The notes beneath the pieces are model-generated. The model saw nothing but the letters and a program-made list of their open reading frames with translations. It was not told where the DNA came from and made no database searches. Below, in pieces: positions 9,460-18,563 of a DNA stretch of 64,000 nucleotides. The DNA is from Candidatus Kapaibacterium sp. (GTDB lineage Bacteria; Bacteroidota; Ignavibacteria; Kapaibacteriales; UBA2268): NCBI GenBank assembly GCA_963665665.1, contig OY762428.1, positions 3,840,001-3,904,000 of the forward strand, written 5' to 3'. The position numbers and the translations under genes are program-made. Numbering within the stretch: position 1 is the stretch's first letter; every line of letters begins with the position of its first letter.

Positions 9460-9958
9460 CAAGCAATCATTACCACCAACCGAGACAACAATAGAATCAA
9501 ACATTGGTGCTTTGCTCCTGACCCCTCCCAAACCCTCCCCGAAGGGGCGGGCTTTGAAGAAGAATAAGGCAACAACAGAATAAAACATCAGTACTTTGCT
9601 TCCAACCAAGGCAGCAACAGAATCAAACATTGATGCAATAGCTTCAACCAAGAGTTCATTATCATTAAACATTGCTGCAAAAGGTGCAAACAAGACCTCA
9701 ATACTTCTGACCCCTCCCAAACCCTCCCCGAAGGAGAGGGCTTTGATGGAAAACAATGCGGCTTTGGCTCTGACCAAGGCATCATTATCTTCAACCAAGG
9801 CGTCAATGGAATCAACCATTGGTGCATCGGCTTCGACCCCTCCCAAACACACGCGGTGTGGAACCCTCCCCAAAGGAGAGGGCTTTGAAGTAAAACATGG
9901 CAACAACAGAATAAAACATTGATGCAATGACTTCAAACATTGGTGCATTGCTTTCGAC
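9460..9958. repeat. Degenerate 21-bp array (23 unit-lengths +16 bp, consensus CAAGGCAGCAATGACTTCAAA) with embedded hairpin modules
   Basis: Units start CAAG/CATT every 21 bp; CCCTCCCAAACCCTCCCC-AAGG-G-GGGCTTT modules at 9523, 9712 and 9838. Confidence 0.85.
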
Positions 9959-10236
9959 CCTTCCTACCTACCCCTGACACCCTCCTTCGATAGGAGGGGG
10001 AGTTAATTCTATGTTATTTAACTTCTTATCCCTTCCTCGCGGAGGAGGGGAATACAGGGGTGGTTTTCTTTCTTTGCCTCCGGGCGTTGCACCTTTATCC
10101 ACGAGATAGAGAACCTGGCTATTGAATTTATCGAAGGCAGTTGGGGGAGATTCGAAAATAAAGGGAATATCATGTAAAAAATAATAAGGTGTCAGCAAAT
10201 GTGATGGGGATTAGTATACTTTATTGAAATGCAGTT

Positions 10237-10632
10237 TTAATTGGTTTCGCCGATCTCGACAAGGTAGTAATTGGCAAGGTAGCCCGAGTTATAGATATTC
10301 TTCCTGACTTTCACAATGGAAGAATCCTGAACTGAAACATCGTCATTATTGTGCATATCCAGCTTCACTTCAACCTTGGATGAATCGCTGACAGTGATGG
10401 TTCCTAAAGTATTAATCAAATTCTGGTCAACATATAATGATGATTTACCACTTGATTTTATTACACCGTTACTTTCGTTATTGAAATCAGTATTAAATAC
10501 CCTGACATGCATACCATCGCCGATTTTAATTACAGCCCCCTTGTTTACTCCTTTTTGGGCAAACAGTGATGTTTGTACACTAATCAGAGTGAGCATTATT
10601 AGAAGGGCTATATGTATTATTAATTTTATCAT
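10237..10632 (-). CDS. Secreted beta-strand-repeat hypothetical protein
   Basis: Signal peptide MIKLIIHIALL..SLFAQ; start coupled to the stop of the upstream gene; VSDSSKVEVK/VQDSSIVKVR repeats. Confidence 0.75.
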   Translation of the reverse strand: MIKLIIHIALLIMLTLISVQTSLFAQKGVNKGAVIKIGDGMHVRVFNTDFNNESNGVIKSSGKSSLYVDQNLINTLGTITVSDSSKVEVKLDMHNNDDVSVQDSSIVKVRKNIYNSGYLANYYLVEIGETN

Positions 10633-10633
10633 T

Positions 10634-12664
10634 TTACTGGTTAGCGCGTCTGGTTGATATAACATACCACGTGGAAATTCCATCACTTACAAGCAAAGCA
10701 CCTGAAAAATCGGAGTTCCCATTACCATAACTAAGGGTAGCTGTTGTTAGATCGTTTCGAACTGCAATTACGTCACTACCGGATCTGGTAATATAACCGT
10801 CCTGGTTATTACCAAAACTGGTTGAAATAACAACATAATAGACTTTTCCTTCTGCTGTTGAAGCTTCAGGTAAATAAACAGTTGATCCTGGAGAGGAAAT
10901 TACAATTAAAAAATCATCTAAGTTTGCATTATAGTCTGAACTTGAAGGGGTAACAGTAATATTAACATTTATTATATCTGAAGCCTTCACCCAATTAAGA
11001 GGTCCGTTCCCGTAATTATTACTTAGTAAATTATACTTTGAGTTGTTATCTGCTTGTTCGACAGGCCATACATAATTGAAATTCGAACTCTGAGATCCGG
11101 TAGTAAATGAAGAATAATTTCCGCCGCCGTCAGGCTCGTAATGATAGAAGGTGGCCGTGGAACTTGCCGCACTGGAAAGCCCGATATTACCTTGAACTTC
11201 AAACTCGCTTGACGGGGTTGCAGTACCAATGCCTATCTGCCCGGTTGAATTTATTCTCATACGTTCAGTATTATTTGTTTTAAACACTACAGGCTGTGCA
11301 TCGGTTGTTCCAATAAAATTATTTGTAGAATCAGTTGATGCATTTCCATAGAGAGACCAGTAATCTGAGCCGCCAGTTGATATCAGCTGCCATTGAGTGC
11401 CGTCGTAATAATAGAAGCCTTCATCGCCGTCGGTCTGGTAAACAATCAGGCCGGTTGCGGGGTTGGATATACTTGTTCTGTCATTTTCTGTCATACGGGG
11501 CATTAATACTCCCTGTGTTGATGACTGAATATCGAGAACTGCCGAAGCATCAGGCGATGAGTTCGAGCCGATTGTAACGGCACCGTTAACAATAAATTCC
11601 GATGCAGCATCATCCCATGTAAAATCCGGGCTTGATGTAAGGCTTGAACTACCTGAAAAAACAGCAATTTCGTTATTACTGCCAGAACCTTCTAAGCCGC
11701 TGCTTCCTCCGGAATTAGGAAGCCATGTCAGCGAGCCCGAAGCATCAGTTGTCAGGTATGAATCATTCTGTGTTTCAAGATATGAAAGCCCACCTGTTGA
11801 ATTGCCATATAGCACTGCATTCTCGGGAATATTTGCAAGGCCTGTACCACCGTTGGATACATCCAGAACGCCGTTAACCTCGCCTGTTCCCAGATCCACC
11901 TGATCAGTAGTAGAACCGGTTCCGGTATATGTATTTGCTGTTACCACCCCAAGATTTTCCGGAACAAGGTATGCTCCTGAACCAACAGTCATAGTGGCAG
12001 AAGTATTTGTGCCTGTTCCGATAAGGTCAAATGTATTATTTATATAAGGACTTGGGTCGGACCATGAAAGATTGCCAGTTGCATCAACCCTCAGAAAATA
12101 ATCAGCCGTCGGGCCGTCGTTTGGCAGAGTATAATTATAAGTTGCAGTCTGGCTTGGTGAAGTGATCAGATTGTTAGTGAAAGAACTGGCAGGGTCAGCA
12201 ATACCAAGATTACCGTAGAGAAGCGCTCCGCCACCGCTGTTAATTCTCAGTCTTTCAGTTGCATTGGTTTTAAAAACCAAATCCTGTGCATCAGCTGTAC
12301 CAATATAATTAACATTAGGATCGGTACTGCTATTGCCGAGAAGATTCCAGAAATTACCGCTCATGCCTGCCTGGTTGAATATCATAATCCATCTGCCGTC
12401 AGGAACACTATAGTACCAGATTCCGGGATCTTCACCATCATCGGAATTGGTCTGGATTATCATAAGCCCATGAGCAGGATTGGATATGGCTACCTTTTCA
12501 TCCTGGGTCATTCTTGGCATAAGGAATCCCATACTACTTGTATTCAACTCAAGTATTGCACTCGGATCGGGCACAAAAGTAGAATCTTCACCTATACCAA
12601 CATTCTGTGAATAAACAGTTAAAGGTAAAATTAATATTAAAATTATTATGTAATAAACTCTCAT
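10634..12664 (-). CDS. Secreted fibre/adhesin-like protein with duplicated modules
   Basis: Signal peptide; two SAILEL/SAVLDI..LMPRMT..GL..QT..G..YY..W modules and two W.L.GN..IGT.DAQ..FKTN.TER.RINS modules; tail-fibre-like C-terminus. Confidence 0.8.
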   Translation of the reverse strand: MRVYYIIILILILPLTVYSQNVGIGEDSTFVPDPSAILELNTSSMGFLMPRMTQDEKVAISNPAHGLMIIQTNSDDGEDPGIWYYSVPDGRWIMIFNQAGMSGNFWNLLGNSSTDPNVNYIGTADAQDLVFKTNATERLRINSGGGALLYGNLGIADPASSFTNNLITSPSQTATYNYTLPNDGPTADYFLRVDATGNLSWSDPSPYINNTFDLIGTGTNTSATMTVGSGAYLVPENLGVVTANTYTGTGSTTDQVDLGTGEVNGVLDVSNGGTGLANIPENAVLYGNSTGGLSYLETQNDSYLTTDASGSLTWLPNSGGSSGLEGSGSNNEIAVFSGSSSLTSSPDFTWDDAASEFIVNGAVTIGSNSSPDASAVLDIQSSTQGVLMPRMTENDRTSISNPATGLIVYQTDGDEGFYYYDGTQWQLISTGGSDYWSLYGNASTDSTNNFIGTTDAQPVVFKTNNTERMRINSTGQIGIGTATPSSEFEVQGNIGLSSAASSTATFYHYEPDGGGNYSSFTTGSQSSNFNYVWPVEQADNNSKYNLLSNNYGNGPLNWVKASDIINVNITVTPSSSDYNANLDDFLIVISSPGSTVYLPEASTAEGKVYYVVISTSFGNNQDGYITRSGSDVIAVRNDLTTATLSYGNGNSDFSGALLVSDGISTWYVISTRRANQ

Positions 12665-12836
12665 ACAACTTTCCATATTTACGAACCTTTTCGAAATTAC
12701 TAATATTACGTATGTGTAATATTGAAATTGCGTAAATCAGCTAAAAATAAGTAGTTGTACTTACTTGTTTATTACAATTAATTAATTAAACAATAAATGT
12801 ACTATTTAAGTTGAATTTTGATATTTGTATATATAT

Positions 12837-15167
12837 TTAAATTTTTTCCAATTTGGCAAATTTCATCATCAGTTTTTTCTTGCCAACCGGGGGGAAATAA
12901 ACAACAGCCTGGCGTTTATCTCCGTATCCGCTCATACCGGTAATCTTCCCGATTCCAAAATGGGGATGCTTCACTTTATCGCCAACCCTGAAGGATGAAA
13001 AATCCTGTGGTATTTGAGAGTAACTCTCCTGTTTCGGCATATCATCTGCGAAAAGCGAATCTTTTTCATAAGTTCTTCTTCCGGGAGCGCCTGCCGAAAC
13101 TTTTGGTTTCTCTCTTCTTGCAACCGGCCTTCCCGCACCTGGAGCCAATTCAACAAGTGACGGTTCAATTTCATTCAGGAAGTTCGACGGCGGATTGTAG
13201 GATAGTTCACCAAATTTCGTTCTTTTCTGGGCATAAGTAAGATACAGTTTTTCCTCTGCTCTTGTAATACCCACGTAAAACAGCCTTCTTTCCTCTTCCT
13301 CTTCTTCAGGATGCATTTCGGCTTTGGAAAGCGGAAAAAGCCCCTGTTCCATTCCGGCAATTATTACAACCGGGAACTCAAGGCCTTTGGCAGCATGTAG
13401 TGTCATCAATGTTACTTTTTCCTGGCTTAGGTCTTTTTCATCAATATCGGACACCAGTGAAACTTGCTCGAGGTAATCCTGGAGGGTGCTTTCTTCATTC
13501 TTCCTGAAGAACAAAGTGATATCCGATACGAGTTGCTGGATATTATTCCACCTGTCAAGTGATTCCTCGGTATTTATTTCTTTATACATCTGCAGAAGGC
13601 CCGTATCTTCGATAAATTTTATTACAAGCTCTTTCTGCGAAGATCTTTCTTTTATTTCGTCATATTTCCTGAAGATATTTGCAAAATTCTCACCGGATTT
13701 TTTAGCCCTTGGTTGTAGTCCGGGCACTTCCTGTATTCTCTCGAAGGCTTGGAATAGTGGAATATTATTTTCATCGGCAAACCTGGCTACATGCCCAATA
13801 GAAACCTGCCCGAGGCCACGGGGAGGCTCATTTACAATCCTGACGAGAGATTCGCTGTCTTTCCTGTTCAGAAAAAGCCTCAGGTATGCCAATGCATCCT
13901 TTACTTCCTTACGTTTGTAGAAGGATAAACCTCCGACTATTACATAGGGTATCTGAGCCTGGCGCAGGGAGTTTTCTATTGAAAGCGACTGTGCATTTGT
14001 ACGGTAAAGGATTGCCAGGTCCTTCAGTGTGTAATCTTTTTTAAGGTTTTCATTAATAAGAGAAACAATCCTCTCGGCTTCAAATCTTTCATCGGAGCAT
14101 GAAAACACTTTTATTTTCTCTCCCTGAACATTATCTGTCCAAAGCTTCTTGGGTATCTGTTTCCTGTTATTTTTAATAACCGAGCCGGCAGCTTCAATAA
14201 TCGTTTTAGTGGAACGGTAGTTTTGTTCCAGCCGGATTGTTTTTGCGTTATCATAATCTTTCTGGAAATCCAGGATATTTTTAATATCAGCTCCCCGCCA
14301 ACGGTAAATACTCTGGGCATCATCGCCCACAACGCAAAGATTTTTATACCCGGCAGCAAGCATTTTCACGGCAATATACTGCGCCCTGTTAGTATCCTGA
14401 TACTCATCCACAAGTAAATACCTAAAGCGCCTCTGGTAGTATTTCAAAGTTTCCTCGCTTGCTTTCAGGGCGGCGATCATATTCAGCAGCAGATCGTCGA
14501 AATCCATGGCATTATTGTTTTTCAAAGCTTCCTCGTAAGCCCTGAAAACCAGTGCAGTCTGTTTTTCCAATACTGATGCCGCCTGATGGGAATACTGCTG
14601 CCACGAGGTCATGTTATTCTTGGCTCCTGAAATTCTCGACCTCATACCTGAGGGCGGATATTCCTTCTGGGTTAACCCGATTTTATACATTATCGATTTT
14701 ACCAGCCTGAGGGAATCTTCTGTATCGTAAATTGAAAAGGAACTGGTATAACCCAATGCAGGGGCCTCTTTTCTTAAAATCCTGGCAAAAATTGAGTGGA
14801 AAGTCCCGGCCCAAATCTGCTGTGCTGCATCTTTTGATACAATTTTTGCTATTCTTTGCTTCATTTCGTTGGCTGCCTTGTTGGTAAATGTCAGGCAAAG
14901 GATACTCCATGGCTTTACGCCTTTTTCTATCAGGTATGCGGTGCGGTGGGTCAGCACCCTTGTTTTGCCGCTCCCTGCTCCGGCAATAACCAGCAGGGGC
15001 CCGTTGATCGATTCAACCGCTTCTTTCTGGCTCGGGTTCAGTCCGGCCAGTATCTTCGAGGGATCGGGAGTTTTCTGAATTGTTTCTTCGGGTTTTATAT
15101 CTGATTCTGATTCAGTTTTCTTTTTTAATATTAATTTCTTTGCCATAACAATTTTGCCAATTTTCAT
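12837..15167 (-). CDS. pcrA: ATP-dependent DNA helicase UvrD/PcrA with C-terminal Tudor-like domain
   Basis: AGAGSGKTRVL, LVDEYQDTN, VGDDAQSIYRWRGA, MTLHAAKGLEF, EERRLFYVGITRA, GDKVKHPHFGIG; start may be 15146. Confidence 0.95.
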   Translation of the reverse strand: MKIGKIVMAKKLILKKKTESESDIKPEETIQKTPDPSKILAGLNPSQKEAVESINGPLLVIAGAGSGKTRVLTHRTAYLIEKGVKPWSILCLTFTNKAANEMKQRIAKIVSKDAAQQIWAGTFHSIFARILRKEAPALGYTSSFSIYDTEDSLRLVKSIMYKIGLTQKEYPPSGMRSRISGAKNNMTSWQQYSHQAASVLEKQTALVFRAYEEALKNNNAMDFDDLLLNMIAALKASEETLKYYQRRFRYLLVDEYQDTNRAQYIAVKMLAAGYKNLCVVGDDAQSIYRWRGADIKNILDFQKDYDNAKTIRLEQNYRSTKTIIEAAGSVIKNNRKQIPKKLWTDNVQGEKIKVFSCSDERFEAERIVSLINENLKKDYTLKDLAILYRTNAQSLSIENSLRQAQIPYVIVGGLSFYKRKEVKDALAYLRLFLNRKDSESLVRIVNEPPRGLGQVSIGHVARFADENNIPLFQAFERIQEVPGLQPRAKKSGENFANIFRKYDEIKERSSQKELVIKFIEDTGLLQMYKEINTEESLDRWNNIQQLVSDITLFFRKNEESTLQDYLEQVSLVSDIDEKDLSQEKVTLMTLHAAKGLEFPVVIIAGMEQGLFPLSKAEMHPEEEEEERRLFYVGITRAEEKLYLTYAQKRTKFGELSYNPPSNFLNEIEPSLVELAPGAGRPVARREKPKVSAGAPGRRTYEKDSLFADDMPKQESYSQIPQDFSSFRVGDKVKHPHFGIGKITGMSGYGDKRQAVVYFPPVGKKKLMMKFAKLEKI

Positions 15168-15325
15168 TTATGCTAAAAACAGGAAAACAAAGATAATAGT
15201 TGACAGTATATATAGCAATCAGAAATCAACTTTGTGCAAAAGTAGTTTGAAAGTAAAAATAAATATTTACGTCCACAGGCTGGTTATTCGAAACCAATCA
15301 GTATTCGTCTTAAATAATTGCAATA

Positions 15326-16345
15326 TTATTCTTTATCAGATAATTTTCCATCGGACAGAGTCGAAAGCAGAAATCCTTCACTCATTTTTATCGACCAGTT
15401 GTCTTTCTTTTCCGATATAATTATCAGAGCTTCGGTATCGGGAATATTTTCAATGAATGAAATTGCTTCTTCAGGGTCGAACAGCATCAGGACGGTAGAA
15501 AGGCCGTCTGCGTCAATGCATTTCGGACAAATAACCGTTGCGCTGAGTATATTCTTACCTGCCGGCATTCCGGATTCAGGATCAATTATGTGGGAAAACG
15601 GCTTACCATTATGTATGTAGAATTTTCTCCAGGAACCGGATGTTGATACTGAAGCTGACTTTAACGGGAATGTCAGGCTGCTGCTAATTTCAACTCCCGG
15701 CGGTAGCTCTATTCCGATATTCCATTCGGTATCGTCCGGTTTTGCCCTGCCGCACCTTATCTCGCCTCCAAGCTCAATCATATAACATAAAATCCTGTTT
15801 GATTCAAGATATTCAGCCAACAAATCGATAGTGAAGCCCTGAGCTATTGCGTTCATATCCAATTTCAGGCATTCCCGGAATTTAATAACAGAATCGTTGC
15901 TAATAATAAATTTATCCATTCCGCAGCAATCCCGGGCAATATTCAGCGAGTCGGCATTGAGTGAATGCGGGGCCTTCTTTTTATCGAAACCCCAGAATTT
16001 ATACAAAGGATACAGGCTAATATCGAATTTACCATGGCTTTTTTTGTGAAGTCTGCGGCTGTATTCAATTAACCTTCTGAACAGGAGGGAGGCAGTTTCC
16101 CCTTTTTCCGAATCATTTAATAAGGAGATTTCCGAAACCGGATTGTAAACAGAAAAAGTATTGTCAATCAGGTTTATTATTGAGTCTATCCCATGACGGT
16201 TTAGGCTGTCAATAGCATAATAAGTTATTTTGCAGGTAGTTCCCTGGGCTGGAAATTCAACTGTCTTTACCTGGTAATCCGGAGCTGAACAGGCAAAAAA
16301 CAAGAAAAATATTCCAAAAAGCAAAAAAGGTATTTTCAAATTCAT
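15326..16345 (-). CDS. apbE: FAD:protein FMN transferase, lipoprotein
   Basis: Lipobox FFAC; LDMNAIAQG, IELGGEI, STSGSW, SHIIDP, ADGLST. Confidence 0.93.
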   Translation of the reverse strand: MNLKIPFLLFGIFFLFFACSAPDYQVKTVEFPAQGTTCKITYYAIDSLNRHGIDSIINLIDNTFSVYNPVSEISLLNDSEKGETASLLFRRLIEYSRRLHKKSHGKFDISLYPLYKFWGFDKKKAPHSLNADSLNIARDCCGMDKFIISNDSVIKFRECLKLDMNAIAQGFTIDLLAEYLESNRILCYMIELGGEIRCGRAKPDDTEWNIGIELPPGVEISSSLTFPLKSASVSTSGSWRKFYIHNGKPFSHIIDPESGMPAGKNILSATVICPKCIDADGLSTVLMLFDPEEAISFIENIPDTEALIIISEKKDNWSIKMSEGFLLSTLSDGKLSDKE

Positions 16346-16402
16346 TTCTTTTTTTATATTAAGTATAAGAAAAAATATAATATTAACAAATATTCGTGAA
16401 TT

Positions 16403-17320
16403 ATGAAAGTTGCGGCCGGAATAGATATTGGCGGGACAAATATAAAGTACGGGCTTGTGGATGCCCGGGGTAAGATTCTATACCGTGGCAGAATTAAAAC
16501 CCGTACATTTCCCCTGGCAGATGATTTTGCAGATTATTTTTTGCACGAATCAGGAAAAATTATCGCCGGATTAGATGGTGATTATGAACTTGGAGGTATT
16601 GGTATTGGCTCTCCGAACGGAAACCATATCACGGGCTGCGTTGAATACGCCCCAAACCTGCATTGGAAGGGCAGGGTAGAGCTTGCCAGGATATTCACGG
16701 ACAAATTTGGGATTAAAACTTATATTGATAATGATGCAAATGCAGCAGCTCTTGGTGAACTACTATTCGGCAACGGCAGGGGAATGAAAAATTTTGTAAT
16801 GCTTACCCTTGGAACAGGCCTTGGCAGCGGTATAATTGTTGATGGTAAATTATTAAGGGGCAGCGACGGGCTTGGTGGTGAGGCAGGGCATACTATCGTG
16901 GTTGAAAACGGCCGTCAGTGTGGCTGCGGCAGAAAGGGCTGCCTGGAAACCTATGTTTCCGCTACAGCGCTCATGACCACATACCGAGAGATTACAGGAA
17001 AGAATCTGCCTGCACGTGATATTTCAGATAATGCGGCAGCAGGCGAACCCGAGTGCTTTCAGGCTCTGGATCAAATGGCTGATACTCTTGCTAAAGGACT
17101 GGCAAACCTGAAATCAGTCCTTTCTCCTGAAGCTTTTATTATCGCGGGCGGAATATCTGCTATAGGTGAAGCATTTTTGAAACCGGTCAGAAAATATTTC
17201 GATCAATACGTACTTAATATTTATACACAACAAACGAAGATAATGAACTCCGCCTTAGAAGGAGCAGACGCGGCGATTCTCGGTGCTGCTTCATTAGGGA
17301 TGGATTTTGATTTGGAGTAA
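16403..17320 (+). CDS. ROK family sugar kinase
   Basis: GIDIGGT, NDANAAALGE, LTLGTGLG, EAGH..CGCGRKGCLE. Confidence 0.93.
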   Translation: MKVAAGIDIGGTNIKYGLVDARGKILYRGRIKTRTFPLADDFADYFLHESGKIIAGLDGDYELGGIGIGSPNGNHITGCVEYAPNLHWKGRVELARIFTDKFGIKTYIDNDANAAALGELLFGNGRGMKNFVMLTLGTGLGSGIIVDGKLLRGSDGLGGEAGHTIVVENGRQCGCGRKGCLETYVSATALMTTYREITGKNLPARDISDNAAAGEPECFQALDQMADTLAKGLANLKSVLSPEAFIIAGGISAIGEAFLKPVRKYFDQYVLNIYTQQTKIMNSALEGADAAILGAASLGMDFDLE

Positions 17321-17444
17321 ATATAAGATTAAACTAATAATCTGATCACAATCCTCCATATTGTCCCAATAACATCCCTGATAAATTTATGAATATCCCT
17401 AAAAAAAATAATAGTTAATCGCAGAAAATGAAATATGCTGCTGC

Positions 17445-18563
17445 CTATGCAATCCTGTTTTTAAATATCATCAAGGCCACGGCAACAATTTCGTCCATGT
17501 TGTAATATTTATATTCAGCAAGGCGGCCTGTAAATATTACACTATCCTTCAGCTTTTCAGTTTCTTTACGGTATTGTTCATACCTTACGTGGTTTTCATC
17601 GTTTGGCACGGGATAATATGGATCGTTGTTCCCGGGCAAATATTCTTCGGGATATTCATAAGCCACTGTGGTGAAATCAGATTTCTGATCGGTGAAATGC
17701 CTGAATTCAGTTATCCTGGTATAGTTATGATTATTCGGGTAGTTTACCTGGGCGGTTTCCTGAAACTGATCTTTCCTGTATGATTTAAGATCAAAACTGA
17801 GGCTACGGTATGGAAGTTCGCCGTGCATATTATCAAAGAAGAAATCAACAGGGCCTGTATAGACCATCTTATTGAATTTAATATCATCGACGATATCTTT
17901 GTAATCGGTTTTCAGCATTATATGAATATTATCATTAGCAAGCATCCTGTTGAACATTTCGGTATATCCGCGTCCGGGTATACCCTGGTACTGATCCTGA
18001 AAGTATCGGTTATCGCGGCTCAGGTAAACAGGAACGCGGGAGGTAACAGAAAAGTCGAGCTCCTCGGGTTTCAGACCCCACTGCTTCATGGTATATCCCT
18101 TGAATACATTTTCATAAACGTATTCTGCAAGGAATTTAAGGTCGCTGTCATTGCTTTCCATTAATTTCAGAATTGGAATTTTCAGACCGTAGCTGAATTT
18201 ATCAAGCAGAAGGTTTTCAAGCCTTGCAGCAAAATTGGCGGGAAAAAGCTGATATATGGAATTGAAATTAAAAGGTACAGGAACTTTTTTTCCTTCGATT
18301 ACAGCCAGCACATGATGATAATATGGCAGCCAGGAAGTAAAACCGGAAAGATAGTTCCATACTTTCGAAGATTTTGTATGGAATATATGAGGCCCGTATT
18401 TGTGTATCAATAGGCCGTGCTCATTATAATAGTCATAAGCATTACCGCCAATGTGATTTCTTTTATCAACAATTAAGACTTTTTTATCCAACTGAGATGC
18501 AATTCTTTCGGCAATAACAGCCCCGGCATAACCCGCGCCAACTATCAGATAATCAAATTTCAT
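17445..18563 (-). CDS. glf: UDP-galactopyranose mutase
   Basis: IVGAGYAG, HIGGNAYD, HKYGPHIFHT, PYYP, GRLAEYKYYNMD. Confidence 0.96.
   Translation of the reverse strand: MKFDYLIVGAGYAGAVIAERIASQLDKKVLIVDKRNHIGGNAYDYYNEHGLLIHKYGPHIFHTKSSKVWNYLSGFTSWLPYYHHVLAVIEGKKVPVPFNFNSIYQLFPANFAARLENLLLDKFSYGLKIPILKLMESNDSDLKFLAEYVYENVFKGYTMKQWGLKPEELDFSVTSRVPVYLSRDNRYFQDQYQGIPGRGYTEMFNRMLANDNIHIMLKTDYKDIVDDIKFNKMVYTGPVDFFFDNMHGELPYRSLSFDLKSYRKDQFQETAQVNYPNNHNYTRITEFRHFTDQKSDFTTVAYEYPEEYLPGNNDPYYPVPNDENHVRYEQYRKETEKLKDSVIFTGRLAEYKYYNMDEIVAVALMIFKNRIA

Larger units (their letters stand above)
8438..10077. repeat. Copy 1 of a ~1.6 kb foldback element (21-bp array / 559-bp AT-rich core / inverted 21-bp array)
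   Basis: Homologous to the reverse complement of 49548-51045; left arm 8439-8900, core 8901-9459, right arm 9460-9958. Confidence 0.9.

Noticed and set aside
9433-10198. ORFs over the right array and hairpins (also 49413-50059 and 50564-50912)
   Set aside because: They are translations of repeats (PSPSGRVWEG, TPPKPSPKERAL); a 16-bp insert shifts the frame and the ORF limits are not conserved between copies
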